DNA from: a virus
Taxonomy: Duplodnaviria; Heunggongvirae; Uroviricota; Caudoviricetes
IMG/VR virus record: IMGVR_UViG_2563366959_000008
Direction: 5' to 3' (one strand)
DNA length: 22,976 nucleotides
The notes below the pieces were generated by a model that saw only the letters and a list, made by a program, of their open reading frames with translations, was not told where the DNA came from and did not search any database. Shown here piece by piece: positions 6,674 through 15,647 of the stretch. Positions within the stretch are counted from its first letter, which is position 1. Every line of letters begins with the position of its first letter. The translations under genes and the position numbers were made by a program.

Positions 6674-6800
6674 ACTACAGGCGCTACGTCAGGCGCGCCT
6701 TGATTTATTAACCGGTAAACGGGTGGTGTCTGTCCAGAAAGATGGTCGCAGAATTGAATATACGGTGGCTTCTCTGGATGAGCTTAACCGGGCGATCTGA
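6657..6800 (+). pseudogene. W: Head-tail joining gene W, 5' part (codons 1-46), truncated by the IS insertion
   Basis: ATG 6657 (GGAGGAG upstream) overlaps the 3' end of A; MVTVAELQALRQARLDLLTGKRVVSVQKDGRRIEYTVASLDELNRAI then TGA contributed by the first 3 bases of the IS. Confidence 0.8.
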
Positions 6801-6839
6801 ACCGCCCCGGGTTTCCTGGAGAGTATTTTATCTGTGAAC

Positions 6840-7730
6840 TCAGGCTGCCAGATCATTATTTCCGATGGAAGCATAATAAGCTTTTTCTGCTTCTGCCGGA
6901 GGAATATGGCCCAGCCTTTCCAGCAATCGTCGATTGTTATACCAGTCCACCCACGTTAGTGTGGCCAGTTCCACTTCTGTCCGGTTTTTCCAGCTCTTAC
7001 GGTGTATTACCTCCGCTTTGTAAAGACCATTGATGCTCTCAGCCATCGCGTTGTCATACGAGTCGCCAGTACTCCCTGTTGATGCCAGTAATCCGGCTTC
7101 CTTAAGCCGCTGCGTGTAGGCCAGCGATACATACTGAGAACCTTTATCACTGTGATGGATTGTGCCGGACGGCCGACGGGCCCACAACGCCTGCTCCAGT
7201 GCATCCAGCACGAATGTTGTTTCCATGGATGATGAGACCTGCCATCCCACGATGTATCCGGCGAACACATCAATGATGAACGCCACATAAACGAAGCCCT
7301 GCCATGTGCTTACCCAGGTAAAATCAGCCACCCACAACTGGTCTGGACGTTCTGCCACGAACTGACGGTTTACGCGGTCGCATGCGGCAACGGCTTTCCG
7401 GCTGACGGTAGTGCGGACCTTTTTACCCCGGAGAACACCGGCAAGTCCCATAACTGCCATGAGACGTGCCACAGTGCATCTGGCCACTCTGATACCTTCC
7501 CGTAACAACTGACACCAGACTTTACGCACACCGTATACCTGGTGATTTTCATCGTATACGCGCTGTATCTCTTTCTTCAGCCAGTCATCGTGCTGCGCAC
7601 GGGCACTGCGTTTATCCGGATGATGTCGCTGTTGCTGACAATGGTAATACGTTGACGGGGCAATATGCAGTTCGCTGCATACCGGTCCGACCCCGTACTG
7701 CTCACGCAGCTTATCCAGCAGTGGCATCAT
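6840..7730 (-). CDS. IS3-family transposase OrfB (DDE catalytic domain), expressed as an OrfAB fusion by -1 frameshift
   Basis: 296 aa with an rve-type integrase core (…[31 protein letters not shown]…[11 protein letters not shown]…[18 protein letters not shown]…); overlaps orfA in the -1 frame. Confidence 0.9.
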   Translation of the reverse strand: MMPLLDKLREQYGVGPVCSELHIAPSTYYHCQQQRHHPDKRSARAQHDDWLKKEIQRVYDENHQVYGVRKVWCQLLREGIRVARCTVARLMAVMGLAGVLRGKKVRTTVSRKAVAACDRVNRQFVAERPDQLWVADFTWVSTWQGFVYVAFIIDVFAGYIVGWQVSSSMETTFVLDALEQALWARRPSGTIHHSDKGSQYVSLAYTQRLKEAGLLASTGSTGDSYDNAMAESINGLYKAEVIHRKSWKNRTEVELATLTWVDWYNNRRLLERLGHIPPAEAEKAYYASIGNNDLAA

Positions 7731-8053
7731 TTTTTCCAGAGGCGGTCGAACTCCGCCTTCGCAAAATAAGCGGAAGCCTGGCGAAGGATATCGTTACTGC
7801 GGCGCAGTTCACGATTTTCACGTTCCAGCTCTTTCAGACGCTGACGTTCAGCGCTGGTGAGCCCACCATCACCGCCCCCGGTATCCCGCTCATGCTGGCG
7901 AACCCAGACACGCAGAGTCTCCGGCGTACAGCCAATCTTTGGGGCAATGGAACAAATTGCCGCCCACTGTGAGTCATATTCATCCTGACTTTCCAGAACC
8001 ATACGAATCGCCCGCTGACGGACTTCGGGGGAAAAACGAGTATTTTTAGTCAT
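7727..8053 (-). CDS. IS3-family transposase OrfA (helix-turn-helix plus leucine-zipper part)
   Basis: 108 aa [22 protein letters not shown]…[32 protein letters not shown]; ends in an A6 run (plus-strand T6 at 7730-7735) that can act as the -1 frameshift site into orfB. Confidence 0.9.
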   Translation of the reverse strand: MTKNTRFSPEVRQRAIRMVLESQDEYDSQWAAICSIAPKIGCTPETLRVWVRQHERDTGGGDGGLTSAERQRLKELERENRELRRSNDILRQASAYFAKAEFDRLWKK

Positions 8054-8107
8054 CCTGTTTACCTCTTTCTCAGGGAGTTTAGTCTCCAGGATTTCCGGGG
8101 CGGTTCA

Positions 8108-8176
8108 ATCAATGATGCGGAGTCGGTACTGGGGACAACCCGACGTCGCCGTCGTCCGCTGGGAGTGAGGTTATGA
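8108..8176 (+). pseudogene. W: Head-tail joining gene W, 3' remnant (codons 47-68) downstream of the IS
   Basis: After removing the IS and one ATC copy, the frame continues NDAESVLGTTRRRRRPLGVRL* with its stop overlapping the portal start (TTATGA), restoring a 68-codon W-like ORF. Confidence 0.75.
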
Positions 8177-9765
8177 AACGAACGCCTGTCCTGATTGATG
8201 TGAACGGCGTTCCGCTTCGTGAGAGTCTCAGCTACAACGGGGGCGGCGCAGGATTTGGCGGGCAAATGGCGGAGTGGTTGCCACCGGCGCAGAGTGCCGA
8301 TGCAGCCCTGCTGCCTGCGTTGCGTCTGGGGAATGCCCGGGCAGATGATCTGGTGCGCAATAACGGGATAGCGGCCAATGCGGTGGCCCTGCATAAGGAT
8401 CATATTGTCGGGCATATGTTTCTGATCAGCTACCGTCCGAACTGGCGCTGGCTGGGGATGCGGGAGACTGCGGCAAAAAGTTTTGTCGATGAGGTGGAGG
8501 CGGCCTGGTCGGAATACGCCGAAGGGATGTCTGGCGAGATCGACGTGGAAGAGAAACGCACGTTTACGGAATTTATTCGTGAAGGTGTGGGCGTTCATGC
8601 GTTTAACGGCGAAATCTTTGTGCAGCCGGTCTGGGATACGGAGAGCACGCAACTGTTTCGTACGCGTTTTAAAGCCGTGAGTCCGAAACGGGTGGACACG
8701 CCAGGACACGGTATGGGGAACCGTTTTCTGCGGGCCGGTGTGGAGGTCGATCGATATGGTCGTGCCGTTGCGTACCATATCTGTGAGGATGATTTTCCGT
8801 TCTCTGGGAGTGGACGATGGGAACGGATCCCGCGTGAACTTCCCACCGGGCGTCCGGCCATGCTGCATATTTTCGAGCCGGTGGAGGACGGGCAGACCCG
8901 TGGGGCCAATCAGTTTTACAGCGTCATGGAACGGCTGAAGATGCTCGATTCCCTGCAGGCAACACAGCTTCAGTCGGCCATAGTGAAGGCGATGTATGCA
9001 GCGACGATTGAAAGTGACCTTGATACCGAAAAGGCCTTTGAATATATCGCCGGTGCGCCGCAGGGGCAGAAGGATAATCCGCTTATTAATATTCTGGATA
9101 AGTTCTCCACCTGGTATGACACGAATAGCGTGACGCTGGGCGGTGTCAAAATTCCGCACCTTTTCCCCGGTGATGATCTGAAACTTCAGACCGCGCAGGA
9201 TTCAGACAATGGATTTTCGGCGCTTGAACAGGCGCTGCTGCGGTATATCGCCGCCGGTCTTGGCGTTTCCTACGAACAGTTGTCCCGTGATTACTCGAAG
9301 GTCAGTTATTCAAGTGCCCGCGCATCCGCCAATGAGTCGTGGCGCTATTTTATGGGGCGGCGAAAATTTATTGCGTCCCGGCTGGCCACGCAGATGTTTT
9401 CCTGCTGGCTGGAAGAGGCACTTCTTCGGGGGATTATTCGTCCGCCACGGGCACGTTTTGATTTTTATCAGGCGCGATCAGCCTGGTCACGGGCTGAGTG
9501 GATTGGAGCCGGAAGAATGGCCATTGACGGGCTCAAGGAGGTTCAGGAATCAGTGATGCGCATTGAGGCCGGACTGAGCACGTATGAGAAAGAGCTGGCG
9601 CTGATGGGCGAGGATTATCAGGACATTTTCCGCCAGCAGGTCAGGGAATCTGCAGAGCGGGAAAAAGCCGGACTCTCACGTCCGGTGTGGATAGCGCAGG
9701 CGTATCAGCAGCAGATAGCGGAGAGTCGCAGGCCGGAAGAGGAGACAACACCCCGTGAGACGTAA
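8173..9765 (+). CDS. B: Portal protein (gpB-like)
   Basis: 530 aa, collinear with recalled lambda gpB (ARADDLVRNNG, FNGE.FVQ, FEPVEDGQTRGAN.FYSVME, LQSAIVKAMYAATIES, LLRYIAAGLGVSYEQLSR). Confidence 0.95.
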   Translation: MKRTPVLIDVNGVPLRESLSYNGGGAGFGGQMAEWLPPAQSADAALLPALRLGNARADDLVRNNGIAANAVALHKDHIVGHMFLISYRPNWRWLGMRETAAKSFVDEVEAAWSEYAEGMSGEIDVEEKRTFTEFIREGVGVHAFNGEIFVQPVWDTESTQLFRTRFKAVSPKRVDTPGHGMGNRFLRAGVEVDRYGRAVAYHICEDDFPFSGSGRWERIPRELPTGRPAMLHIFEPVEDGQTRGANQFYSVMERLKMLDSLQATQLQSAIVKAMYAATIESDLDTEKAFEYIAGAPQGQKDNPLINILDKFSTWYDTNSVTLGGVKIPHLFPGDDLKLQTAQDSDNGFSALEQALLRYIAAGLGVSYEQLSRDYSKVSYSSARASANESWRYFMGRRKFIASRLATQMFSCWLEEALLRGIIRPPRARFDFYQARSAWSRAEWIGAGRMAIDGLKEVQESVMRIEAGLSTYEKELALMGEDYQDIFRQQVRESAEREKAGLSRPVWIAQAYQQQIAESRRPEEETTPRET

Positions 9766-11260
9766 TCTTTCACACATTATTGCCGCAGCATTCAATGAAC
9801 CGCTGCTTCTGGAGCCCGCCTATGCGCGGGTTTTCTTTTGCGCGCTCGGGCGCGAGATGGGGGCAGCAAGTCTTTCGGTACCACAACAGCAGGTACAGCT
9901 TGATGCTCCCGGAATGCTGGCTGAAACGGACGAGTACATGGCCGGAGGTAAACGACCGGCCCGTGTTTACCGGGTGGTGAACGGTATTGCGGTACTGCCG
10001 GTGACCGGCACGCTGGTGCACCGGCTGGGGGGGATGCGGCCATTTTCCGGAATGACTGGCTATGACGGCATTGTCGCCTGTCTTCAGCAGGCAATGGCAG
10101 ATAGCCAGGTGCGGGGCATACTGCTGGACATTGACAGTCCGGGCGGGCAGGCCGCCGGCGCGTTTGACTGCGCTGACATGATTTACCGCCTCCGTCAGCA
10201 GAAGCCGGTCTGGGCACTGTGCAATGACACGGCCTGTTCTGCAGCCATGCTGCTGGCGTCGGCCTGCTCCCGACGGCTGGTTACCCAGACATCCCGTATC
10301 GGCTCCATTGGCGTGATGATGAGCCATGTCAGCTATGCCGGTCATCTGGCGCAGGCCGGTGTGGATATCACGCTGATTTACTCAGGGGCGCACAAGGTGG
10401 ATGGCAATCAGTTTGAAGCCTTACCGGCAGAGGTTCGCCAGGACATGCAGCAGCGCATTGATGCGGCGCGCCGGATGTTTGCCGAAAAAGTGGCGATGTT
10501 TACCGGTCTGTCTGTTGATGCCGTCACGGGAACAGAGGCCGCCGTTTTTGAAGGTCAGTCCGGCATTGAGGCCGGGCTGGCGGATGAATTAGTCAATGCG
10601 TCGGATGCCATCAGTGTGATGGCCACGGCGCTGAACAGTAATGTCAGAGGAGGCACTATGCCGCAATTAACTGCAACGGAAGCCGCCGCGCAGGAGAACC
10701 AGCGAGTGATGGGGATCCTGACATGCCAGGAAGCGAAAGGACGTGAACAGCTTGCCACGATGCTGGCAGGACAACAGGGCATGAGCGTTGCACAGGCCCG
10801 GGCGATTCTGGCCGCGGCGGCACCGCAGCAGCCGGTGGCATCCACGCAGAGTGAAGCCGATCGCATTATGGCGTGTGAAGAAGCGAACGGTCGTGAACAA
10901 CTGGCGGCAACGCTGGCGGCGATGCCGGAGATGACGGTGGAAAAAGCCCGCCCGATCCTGGCTGCTTCACCGCAGGCGGATGCCGGACCCTCACTCCGTG
11001 ATCAGATCATGGCACTGGATGAGGCAAAAGGGGCTGAGGCGCAGGCTGAACAACTGGCTGCCTGCCCGGGAATGACTGTGGAGAGCGCCCGGGCTGTGCT
11101 GGCTGCGGGATCAGGTAAGGCAGAACCGGTCTCTGCATCCACAACCGCCCTGTTTGAACGCATCATGGCGAACCATTCACCGGCAGCGGTACAGGGTGGC
11201 GTGCCACAGACGTCAGCAGACGGTGATGCGGACGTGAAAATGCTCATGGCCATGCCATGA
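9755..11260 (+). CDS. C: Head maturation protease / scaffold (gpC-like, S49/ClpP-type serine peptidase fold)
   Basis: 501 aa from GTG 9755 overlapping the end of B; AFNEPL.LEPAYARVFFCAL, GMTGY.GI, AFDCAD.I, VWAL.ND..CSA, GSIGVMM, TLIYSG.HKVDGN as recalled for lambda gpC; the C-terminal third contains three tandem motif copies. Confidence 0.9.
   Translation: MRRNLSHIIAAAFNEPLLLEPAYARVFFCALGREMGAASLSVPQQQVQLDAPGMLAETDEYMAGGKRPARVYRVVNGIAVLPVTGTLVHRLGGMRPFSGMTGYDGIVACLQQAMADSQVRGILLDIDSPGGQAAGAFDCADMIYRLRQQKPVWALCNDTACSAAMLLASACSRRLVTQTSRIGSIGVMMSHVSYAGHLAQAGVDITLIYSGAHKVDGNQFEALPAEVRQDMQQRIDAARRMFAEKVAMFTGLSVDAVTGTEAAVFEGQSGIEAGLADELVNASDAISVMATALNSNVRGGTMPQLTATEAAAQENQRVMGILTCQEAKGREQLATMLAGQQGMSVAQARAILAAAAPQQPVASTQSEADRIMACEEANGREQLAATLAAMPEMTVEKARPILAASPQADAGPSLRDQIMALDEAKGAEAQAEQLAACPGMTVESARAVLAAGSGKAEPVSASTTALFERIMANHSPAAVQGGVPQTSADGDADVKMLMAMP
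10658..11260 (+). CDS. nu3: Nu3-like scaffolding protein, in-frame internal start within C
   Basis: ATG 10658 in the C frame with a strong RBS (AGAGGAGG 6 nt upstream); would encode the C-terminal 200 aa of C, analogous to lambda Nu3 nested in C. Confidence 0.5.
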   Translation: MPQLTATEAAAQENQRVMGILTCQEAKGREQLATMLAGQQGMSVAQARAILAAAAPQQPVASTQSEADRIMACEEANGREQLAATLAAMPEMTVEKARPILAASPQADAGPSLRDQIMALDEAKGAEAQAEQLAACPGMTVESARAVLAAGSGKAEPVSASTTALFERIMANHSPAAVQGGVPQTSADGDADVKMLMAMP

Positions 11261-11296
11261 AGTCAGTGCTGATCATCAACAGGAGGTTTTTACAAT

Positions 11297-11644
11297 ATGG
11301 TAACGAAAACCATCACTGAACAGCGTGCGGAAGTACGTATTTTTGCCGGTAATGATCCGGCTCATACCGCCACAGGCAGCAGCGGGATTTCCTCGGCAAC
11401 ACCGGCACTGACGCCCCTGATGCTGGATGAAGCTACCGGGAAACTGGTGGTCTGGGACGGACAGAAAGCCGGTAGTGCGGTTGGCATACTGGTACTGCCG
11501 CTTGAAGGCACAGAGACGGTACTGACGTATTACAAGTCGGGGACCTTTGCGACGGAGGCAATCCGCTGGCCTGACAGTGTGGATGAACACAAAAAGGCAA
11601 ATGCCTTTGCCGGCAGTGCCCTGAGTCACGCGGCGCTGCCGTAA
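11297..11644 (+). CDS. D: Head decoration protein (gpD-like)
   Basis: 115 aa; DPAHTAT…TPLMLD…KLV.WDG…AVGIL…TFYKSGTF…AFAG as recalled for lambda gpD; RBS AGGAGG. Confidence 0.9.
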   Translation: MVTKTITEQRAEVRIFAGNDPAHTATGSSGISSATPALTPLMLDEATGKLVVWDGQKAGSAVGILVLPLEGTETVLTYYKSGTFATEAIRWPDSVDEHKKANAFAGSALSHAALP

Positions 11645-11652
11645 CACGTTAT

Positions 11653-11672
11653 CAGGCCACCGCGGTGGCCTG
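11653..11672 (+). terminator. Palindromic hairpin between D and E (weak terminator or RNA-stabilising stem)
   Basis: Perfect palindrome caggccaccgcggtggcctg; only a weak T-tract follows. Confidence 0.3.
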
Positions 11673-11701
11673 ACTGATTTCTGAATGAAAGGAACTGATT
11701 T

Positions 11702-12730
11702 ATGGGATTGTTTACGACCCGCCAGTTACTCGGTTATACCGAACAAAAAGTGAAATTTCGTGCGCTGTTTCTGGAGCTGTTTTTCCGCCGTACGGTGAAT
11801 TTCCATACCGAAGAGGTGATGCTGGACAAAATTACCGGAAAAACGCCGGTGGCGGCCTATGTCTCCCCGGTTGTTGAAGGAAAAGTGCTGCGTCATCGTG
11901 GTGGTGAAACCCGCGTGTTACGTCCGGGCTACGTCAAGCCGAAACACGAATTTAATTACCAGCAGGCGGTTGAGCGCCTTCCTGGTGAAGATCCGGCTCA
12001 ACTGAACGATCCGGCTTACCGCCGTCTGCGTATCATTACCGATAACCTCAAACAGGAAGAGCACGCGATTGTCCAGGTGGAAGAAATACAGGCGGTAAAT
12101 GCTGTGTTGTATGGCAAATATACGATGGAAGGAGACCAGTTCGAGAAAATTGAGGTCGATTTTGGCAGGTCGACGAAGAATAACATCACTCAGGGTAGTG
12201 GTAAGGAGTGGTCAAAACAGGATCGTGACACGTTCGATCCTACACATGATCTTGACCTCTACTGCGACCAGGCCAGCGGTCTTGTGAATATTGCCATTAT
12301 GGACGGTACCGTCTGGCGTCTTCTGAATGGTTTTAAGCTGTTCCGCGAAAAACTGGATACCCGTCGCGGTTCAAATTCTCAACTCGAAACGGCAGTGAAA
12401 GATCTGGGCGCAGTGGTGTCCTTCAAGGGGTATTACGGCGATCTGGCCATTGTGGTGGCGAAAACGTCTTATATAGCAGAAGACGGTATCGAAAAACGTT
12501 ATCTGCCGGAGGGCATGCTGGTTCTGGGGAATACTGCTGCAGATGGGATCCGTTGTTACGGTGCCATTCAGGATGCGCAGGCGTTGTCCGAAGGTGTGGT
12601 GGCCTCTTCCCGTTATCCGAAACACTGGCTGACGGTGGGGGATCCCGCCCGTGAATTTACCATGACGCAGTCCGCGCCGCTGATGGTGTTGCCGGACCCG
12701 GATGAGTTTGTGGTGGTACAGGTGAAATAA
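11702..12730 (+). CDS. E: Major capsid protein (gpE-like)
   Basis: 342 aa collinear with recalled lambda gpE (YVSP.V.G.V.R…PGYVKPKHE…DPAYRR.RII…KLDTRRGSNS.LETAVKDLG…SARYPK.W.T.GDPAREFTM.QSAPLM). Confidence 0.95.
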   Translation: MGLFTTRQLLGYTEQKVKFRALFLELFFRRTVNFHTEEVMLDKITGKTPVAAYVSPVVEGKVLRHRGGETRVLRPGYVKPKHEFNYQQAVERLPGEDPAQLNDPAYRRLRIITDNLKQEEHAIVQVEEIQAVNAVLYGKYTMEGDQFEKIEVDFGRSTKNNITQGSGKEWSKQDRDTFDPTHDLDLYCDQASGLVNIAIMDGTVWRLLNGFKLFREKLDTRRGSNSQLETAVKDLGAVVSFKGYYGDLAIVVAKTSYIAEDGIEKRYLPEGMLVLGNTAADGIRCYGAIQDAQALSEGVVASSRYPKHWLTVGDPAREFTMTQSAPLMVLPDPDEFVVVQVK

Positions 12731-12737
12731 TCCGTGA

Positions 12738-12768
12738 GCGGGGGCGAAATGCCCCCGTGTCTTTTTTC
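12738..12768 (+). terminator. Terminator-like hairpin downstream of the major capsid gene
   Basis: Stem cgggggc/gcccccg with loop gaaat, followed by tgtctttttt. Confidence 0.45.
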
Positions 12769-12781
12769 ACAGGGGGCTGAT

Positions 12782-13156
12782 ATGGCAACGAAAGAGCAAA
12801 ATCTGAAACGGCTTGATGAACTGGCCCTGATTCTGGGGCGTGAGCCGGATATATCCGGGAGTGCCGCAGAGATAGCGCAGCGGGTGGCGGAATGGGAAGA
12901 GGAAATACAGTCATCCGGCGAGGATGTTCAGGTTGGGGATACGGTGATCCGGGAGCGGGAAACCGCGGCTCATGATGTTCGTGAGGATACATCCGGTGCG
13001 TTAACGCGCATCAGAGTTCTGACCTGCCTCCATCTCTGTGGCATTGATGGTGAAACAGGGGAATCCGTTGAGATTGCGGATGTTGGTCGGGTGATTCTGA
13101 TTATGTCCTCAGATGCAAAAACACACGTTGATGGCGGAATGGCTGTTTATGCGTGA
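12782..13156 (+). CDS. FI: DNA-packaging / head assembly protein (FI position), N-terminus FI-like
   Basis: Start at ATG 12782 (AGGGGG upstream) rather than the ORF-track start 12734; acidic protein in the gpFI position between E and FII; only loose similarity to recalled lambda FI. Confidence 0.65.
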   Translation: MATKEQNLKRLDELALILGREPDISGSAAEIAQRVAEWEEEIQSSGEDVQVGDTVIRERETAAHDVREDTSGALTRIRVLTCLHLCGIDGETGESVEIADVGRVILIMSSDAKTHVDGGMAVYA

Positions 13157-13502
13157 TTTTCAGAATGCCTTTGATGCTGCCCTTGCCGGGGTGGACAGCA
13201 CGATTGTTGAAGTGATGGGGCTCTGTGCGCAGTTCACCTCGGGGGCACAGTGTGGCAGCGAAGTTCAGGGGGTTTTTGACGATCCGGAGTCGCTGGGGTT
13301 TGCCGGTGGCGGGGTCCGTATTGAAGGAAGCAGCCCGTCATTATTTGTGCGGACGGATACGGTTCGTGCCGTGCGGCGTGGTGACACGCTGACCATTAAT
13401 GGTGAGATATTCTGGGTGGATCGTGTTTCTCCGGATGACGGGGGCAGCTGTTATCTCTGGCTCAACCGTGGTCAACCACCCGCCGTTAACCGGCGACGAT
13501 AA
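13149..13502 (+). CDS. FII: Head-tail connector protein (gpFII-like)
   Basis: Start ATG 13149 (MRDFQNAFDAAL…); GVFDDPE…GVR.EGSSPSLFVRTD.VR..RRGDTLTI…FWVDRVSPDDGGSC.LWL.RG.PPAVNRRR as recalled for lambda FII. Confidence 0.85.
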   Translation: MRDFQNAFDAALAGVDSTIVEVMGLCAQFTSGAQCGSEVQGVFDDPESLGFAGGGVRIEGSSPSLFVRTDTVRAVRRGDTLTINGEIFWVDRVSPDDGGSCYLWLNRGQPPAVNRRR

Positions 13503-13516
13503 ACGCAGGGTGAATT

Positions 13517-14050
13517 ATGGCGATAAAAGGGCTTGATCAGACGATTGAAAATCTGAGCCGGGTTCGTAAAAACGCCATTCCGGCGGCTTCAGCAATGGCC
13601 ATTAACCGCGTGGCCACAACGGCGATTAATCAGTCTTCGTCACAGGTTGCCCGGGAAACCAGGGTGAACCGGAAACTGGTAAAGGAACGGTCCAGACTGA
13701 AACGGGCCACGGTCAGAAATCCGAATGCCAGAATTATCGTTAACCGCGGTGATCTCCCGGTGATTAAGCTGGGGATCAGGATGCCGGGGCGTCGTCCGGA
13801 CAGCATACTCAAAGCCGGTCAGCATCGTTATCAGCGGGCATTTATTCAGCGATTAAAAAATGGTCGCTGGCATGTCATGCAGCGTGTGGCCGGGAAAAAC
13901 CGTTACCCCATTGATGTGGTGAAAATCCCGATGGCGGCCCCACTGAAACAGGCGTTTGATGAGAATGTTGACCGTATCCGGCGTGAACGTCTGCCCGGAG
14001 AACTGGCATACGCGCTGAAACAACAACTGAGGATTGCGATAAAACGATGA
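13517..14050 (+). CDS. Z: Tail completion protein (gpZ-like)
   Basis: 177 aa; LSR…AMAINRVA…SQVARET.V.RKLVKER.RLKRATV.NP.ARI.VNRGDLPVIKLG…NGRWHVMQRVAGKNRYPIDVVKIPMA as recalled for lambda Z. Confidence 0.9.
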   Translation: MAIKGLDQTIENLSRVRKNAIPAASAMAINRVATTAINQSSSQVARETRVNRKLVKERSRLKRATVRNPNARIIVNRGDLPVIKLGIRMPGRRPDSILKAGQHRYQRAFIQRLKNGRWHVMQRVAGKNRYPIDVVKIPMAAPLKQAFDENVDRIRRERLPGELAYALKQQLRIAIKR

Positions 14051-14442
14051 AACATACTGATATCCGTGCGGCAGTGCTGGATGCACTGGAGCTGCATGAA
14101 CACGGGGCGACGCTGTTTGATGGTCGCCCCGTTGTTTTTGACGAAGAGGATTTTCCGGCCGTCGCGGTTTATCTGACGGATGCAGAGTATACCGGTGAAG
14201 AGCTGGATGCAGATACCTGGCGGGCCACACTGCATATTGAGGTGTTTTTACCAGCACAGGTACCGGATTCGGAGCTGGATTCGTGGATGGAAAGCCGGAT
14301 TTATCCGGCGATGACTGCGATCCCGGCACTGGCAGACCTGATTACGACGATGGTTACGCAGGGCTATGAGTATCGTCGTGATGACGATATGGCGTTATGG
14401 AGTTCTGCGGATCTGACTTATTCCATTACATACGAGATGTGA
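14047..14442 (+). CDS. U: Tail terminator protein (gpU-like)
   Basis: 131 aa, close to recalled lambda gpU throughout; ATGA overlap with the Z stop. Confidence 0.9.
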   Translation: MKHTDIRAAVLDALELHEHGATLFDGRPVVFDEEDFPAVAVYLTDAEYTGEELDADTWRATLHIEVFLPAQVPDSELDSWMESRIYPAMTAIPALADLITTMVTQGYEYRRDDDMALWSSADLTYSITYEM

Positions 14443-14449
14443 GGACGAT

Positions 14450-15202
14450 ATGTCAACACCAAATCCCCTTGAGCCGGTAAAAGGTGCCGGTACCACCCTG
14501 TGGGTTTATAACGGTCAGGGTGACGCCTATGCAAACCCGTTGTCAGACGATGACTGGCTGCGACTGGCTAAGGTGAAGGATCTGACGCCGGGCGAGATGA
14601 CGGCAGAACCCTACGATGATAACTACCTGGATGATGAAGACGCGGACTGGACCGCGACCGGGCAGGGGCAGAAGTCTGCAGGAGATACCAGTTTTACGCT
14701 GGCCTGGAAACCGGGAGAAGAAGGTCAGAAAGGGCTTATAGGCTGGTTTGAAAGCGGGGATGTGCGGGCCTATAAAATCCGTTTTCCGAACGGCACGGTG
14801 GATGTGTTTCGTGGCTGGGTCAGCAGTATCGGTAAGGCCGTGACGGCGAAAGAAGTGATCACCCGCACGGTGAAAGTGACCAACGTGGGCAAACCTTCTG
14901 TAGCGGAAGAACGCAGCAAAATTACGCCGGTCACTGCGATTAAGGTGACGCCGACATCCGGTACGGTGGCAAAAGGGAAAACAACCACCCTGACGGTTTC
15001 TTTTGAGCCGGAAAGTGCAACCGACAAGACGTTCAGAGTGGTTTCCGCCGATCCGTCGAAAGCCACCATTAGTGTGAAAGATATGACAATTACGGTAAAC
15101 GGCGTGGCGACAGGTAAGGTGCAGATCCCTGTGGTGAGCGGAAATGGTCAGTTCGCCGCAGTGGCTGAAGTCACCGTTACTGAAGCGGGCGCTGCAGGGT
15201 AA
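14450..15202 (+). CDS. V: Major tail tube protein (gpV-like) with C-terminal Ig-like domain
   Basis: 250 aa; N-terminal tube domain ([11 protein letters not shown]…[39 protein letters not shown]) and a C-terminal bacterial Ig-like segment (…TLTVSFEPE…[11 protein letters not shown]…[27 protein letters not shown]). Confidence 0.95.
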   Translation: MSTPNPLEPVKGAGTTLWVYNGQGDAYANPLSDDDWLRLAKVKDLTPGEMTAEPYDDNYLDDEDADWTATGQGQKSAGDTSFTLAWKPGEEGQKGLIGWFESGDVRAYKIRFPNGTVDVFRGWVSSIGKAVTAKEVITRTVKVTNVGKPSVAEERSKITPVTAIKVTPTSGTVAKGKTTTLTVSFEPESATDKTFRVVSADPSKATISVKDMTITVNGVATGKVQIPVVSGNGQFAAVAEVTVTEAGAAG

Positions 15203-15215
15203 ACGGAGGTAATAC

Positions 15216-15647
15216 ATGTTTCTGAAAACAGAACAATTTGAATATAACGGTGTGTCCGTCACGCTTTCCGAATTGTCTGCGCTGCAGCGTATTGAGCATC
15301 TTGCCCTCCTGAAACGGCGTGCAGAACAGGCAGAATCCAGCGGCAACCTGCAGGTAAGCGTGGAAGATCTCGTCAGAACCGGCGCGTTTCTGGTGGCGAT
15401 GTCCCTGTGGCATAACCATCCGCAGAAAACGGCATCACCGTCAATGAATGAGGCTGTGATGCAGATCGAACAGGAGGTGCTCACCACCTGGCCTGCGGAT
15501 GCCATTGCCCGGGCGGAAGATGTGGTGTTGCGTCTGTCCGGGATGAGCGGGGCTGTTCATGCGGATACTGACAGCACCGAAGTGGCGAAATATAACGCGC
15601 TGACTGATGATGATTTTTCTGCGGGAAAGTCTTCGACGGCGAGCTGA
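15216..15647 (+). CDS. G: Tail assembly chaperone G
   Basis: 143 aa; MFLKTE.FE.NGVTVTLSELSALQRIEHLAL.KR.AEQAES…GAFLVAMSLWHNHPQKT as recalled for lambda gpG; ends just after the slippery site. Confidence 0.9.
   Translation: MFLKTEQFEYNGVSVTLSELSALQRIEHLALLKRRAEQAESSGNLQVSVEDLVRTGAFLVAMSLWHNHPQKTASPSMNEAVMQIEQEVLTTWPADAIARAEDVVLRLSGMSGAVHADTDSTEVAKYNALTDDDFSAGKSSTAS

Larger units (their letters stand above)
6798..8107 (-). mobile_element. IS629-like insertion sequence (IS3 family), 1310 bp
   Basis: Imperfect terminal inverted repeats (TGAACCGCCCCGGGTTTCCTGGAGAGT at 6798 onward; its partner TGAACCGCCCCGGAAATCCTGGAGACT is the reverse complement of the end at 8107); 3-bp direct repeat ATC at 6795-6797 and 8108-8110; orfA and orfB on the minus strand. 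Confidence 0.9.

Noticed and set aside
8059-9159. Long antisense ORFs inside structural genes (for example 8059..9159, 9770..10345, 14543..15505, 17469..18917 and 19393..20061, all on the minus strand, and 5195..5896)
   Set aside because: They lie opposite strongly supported phage genes and have Arg/Pro/His-rich, low-complexity translations typical of shadow frames in GC-rich coding DNA.
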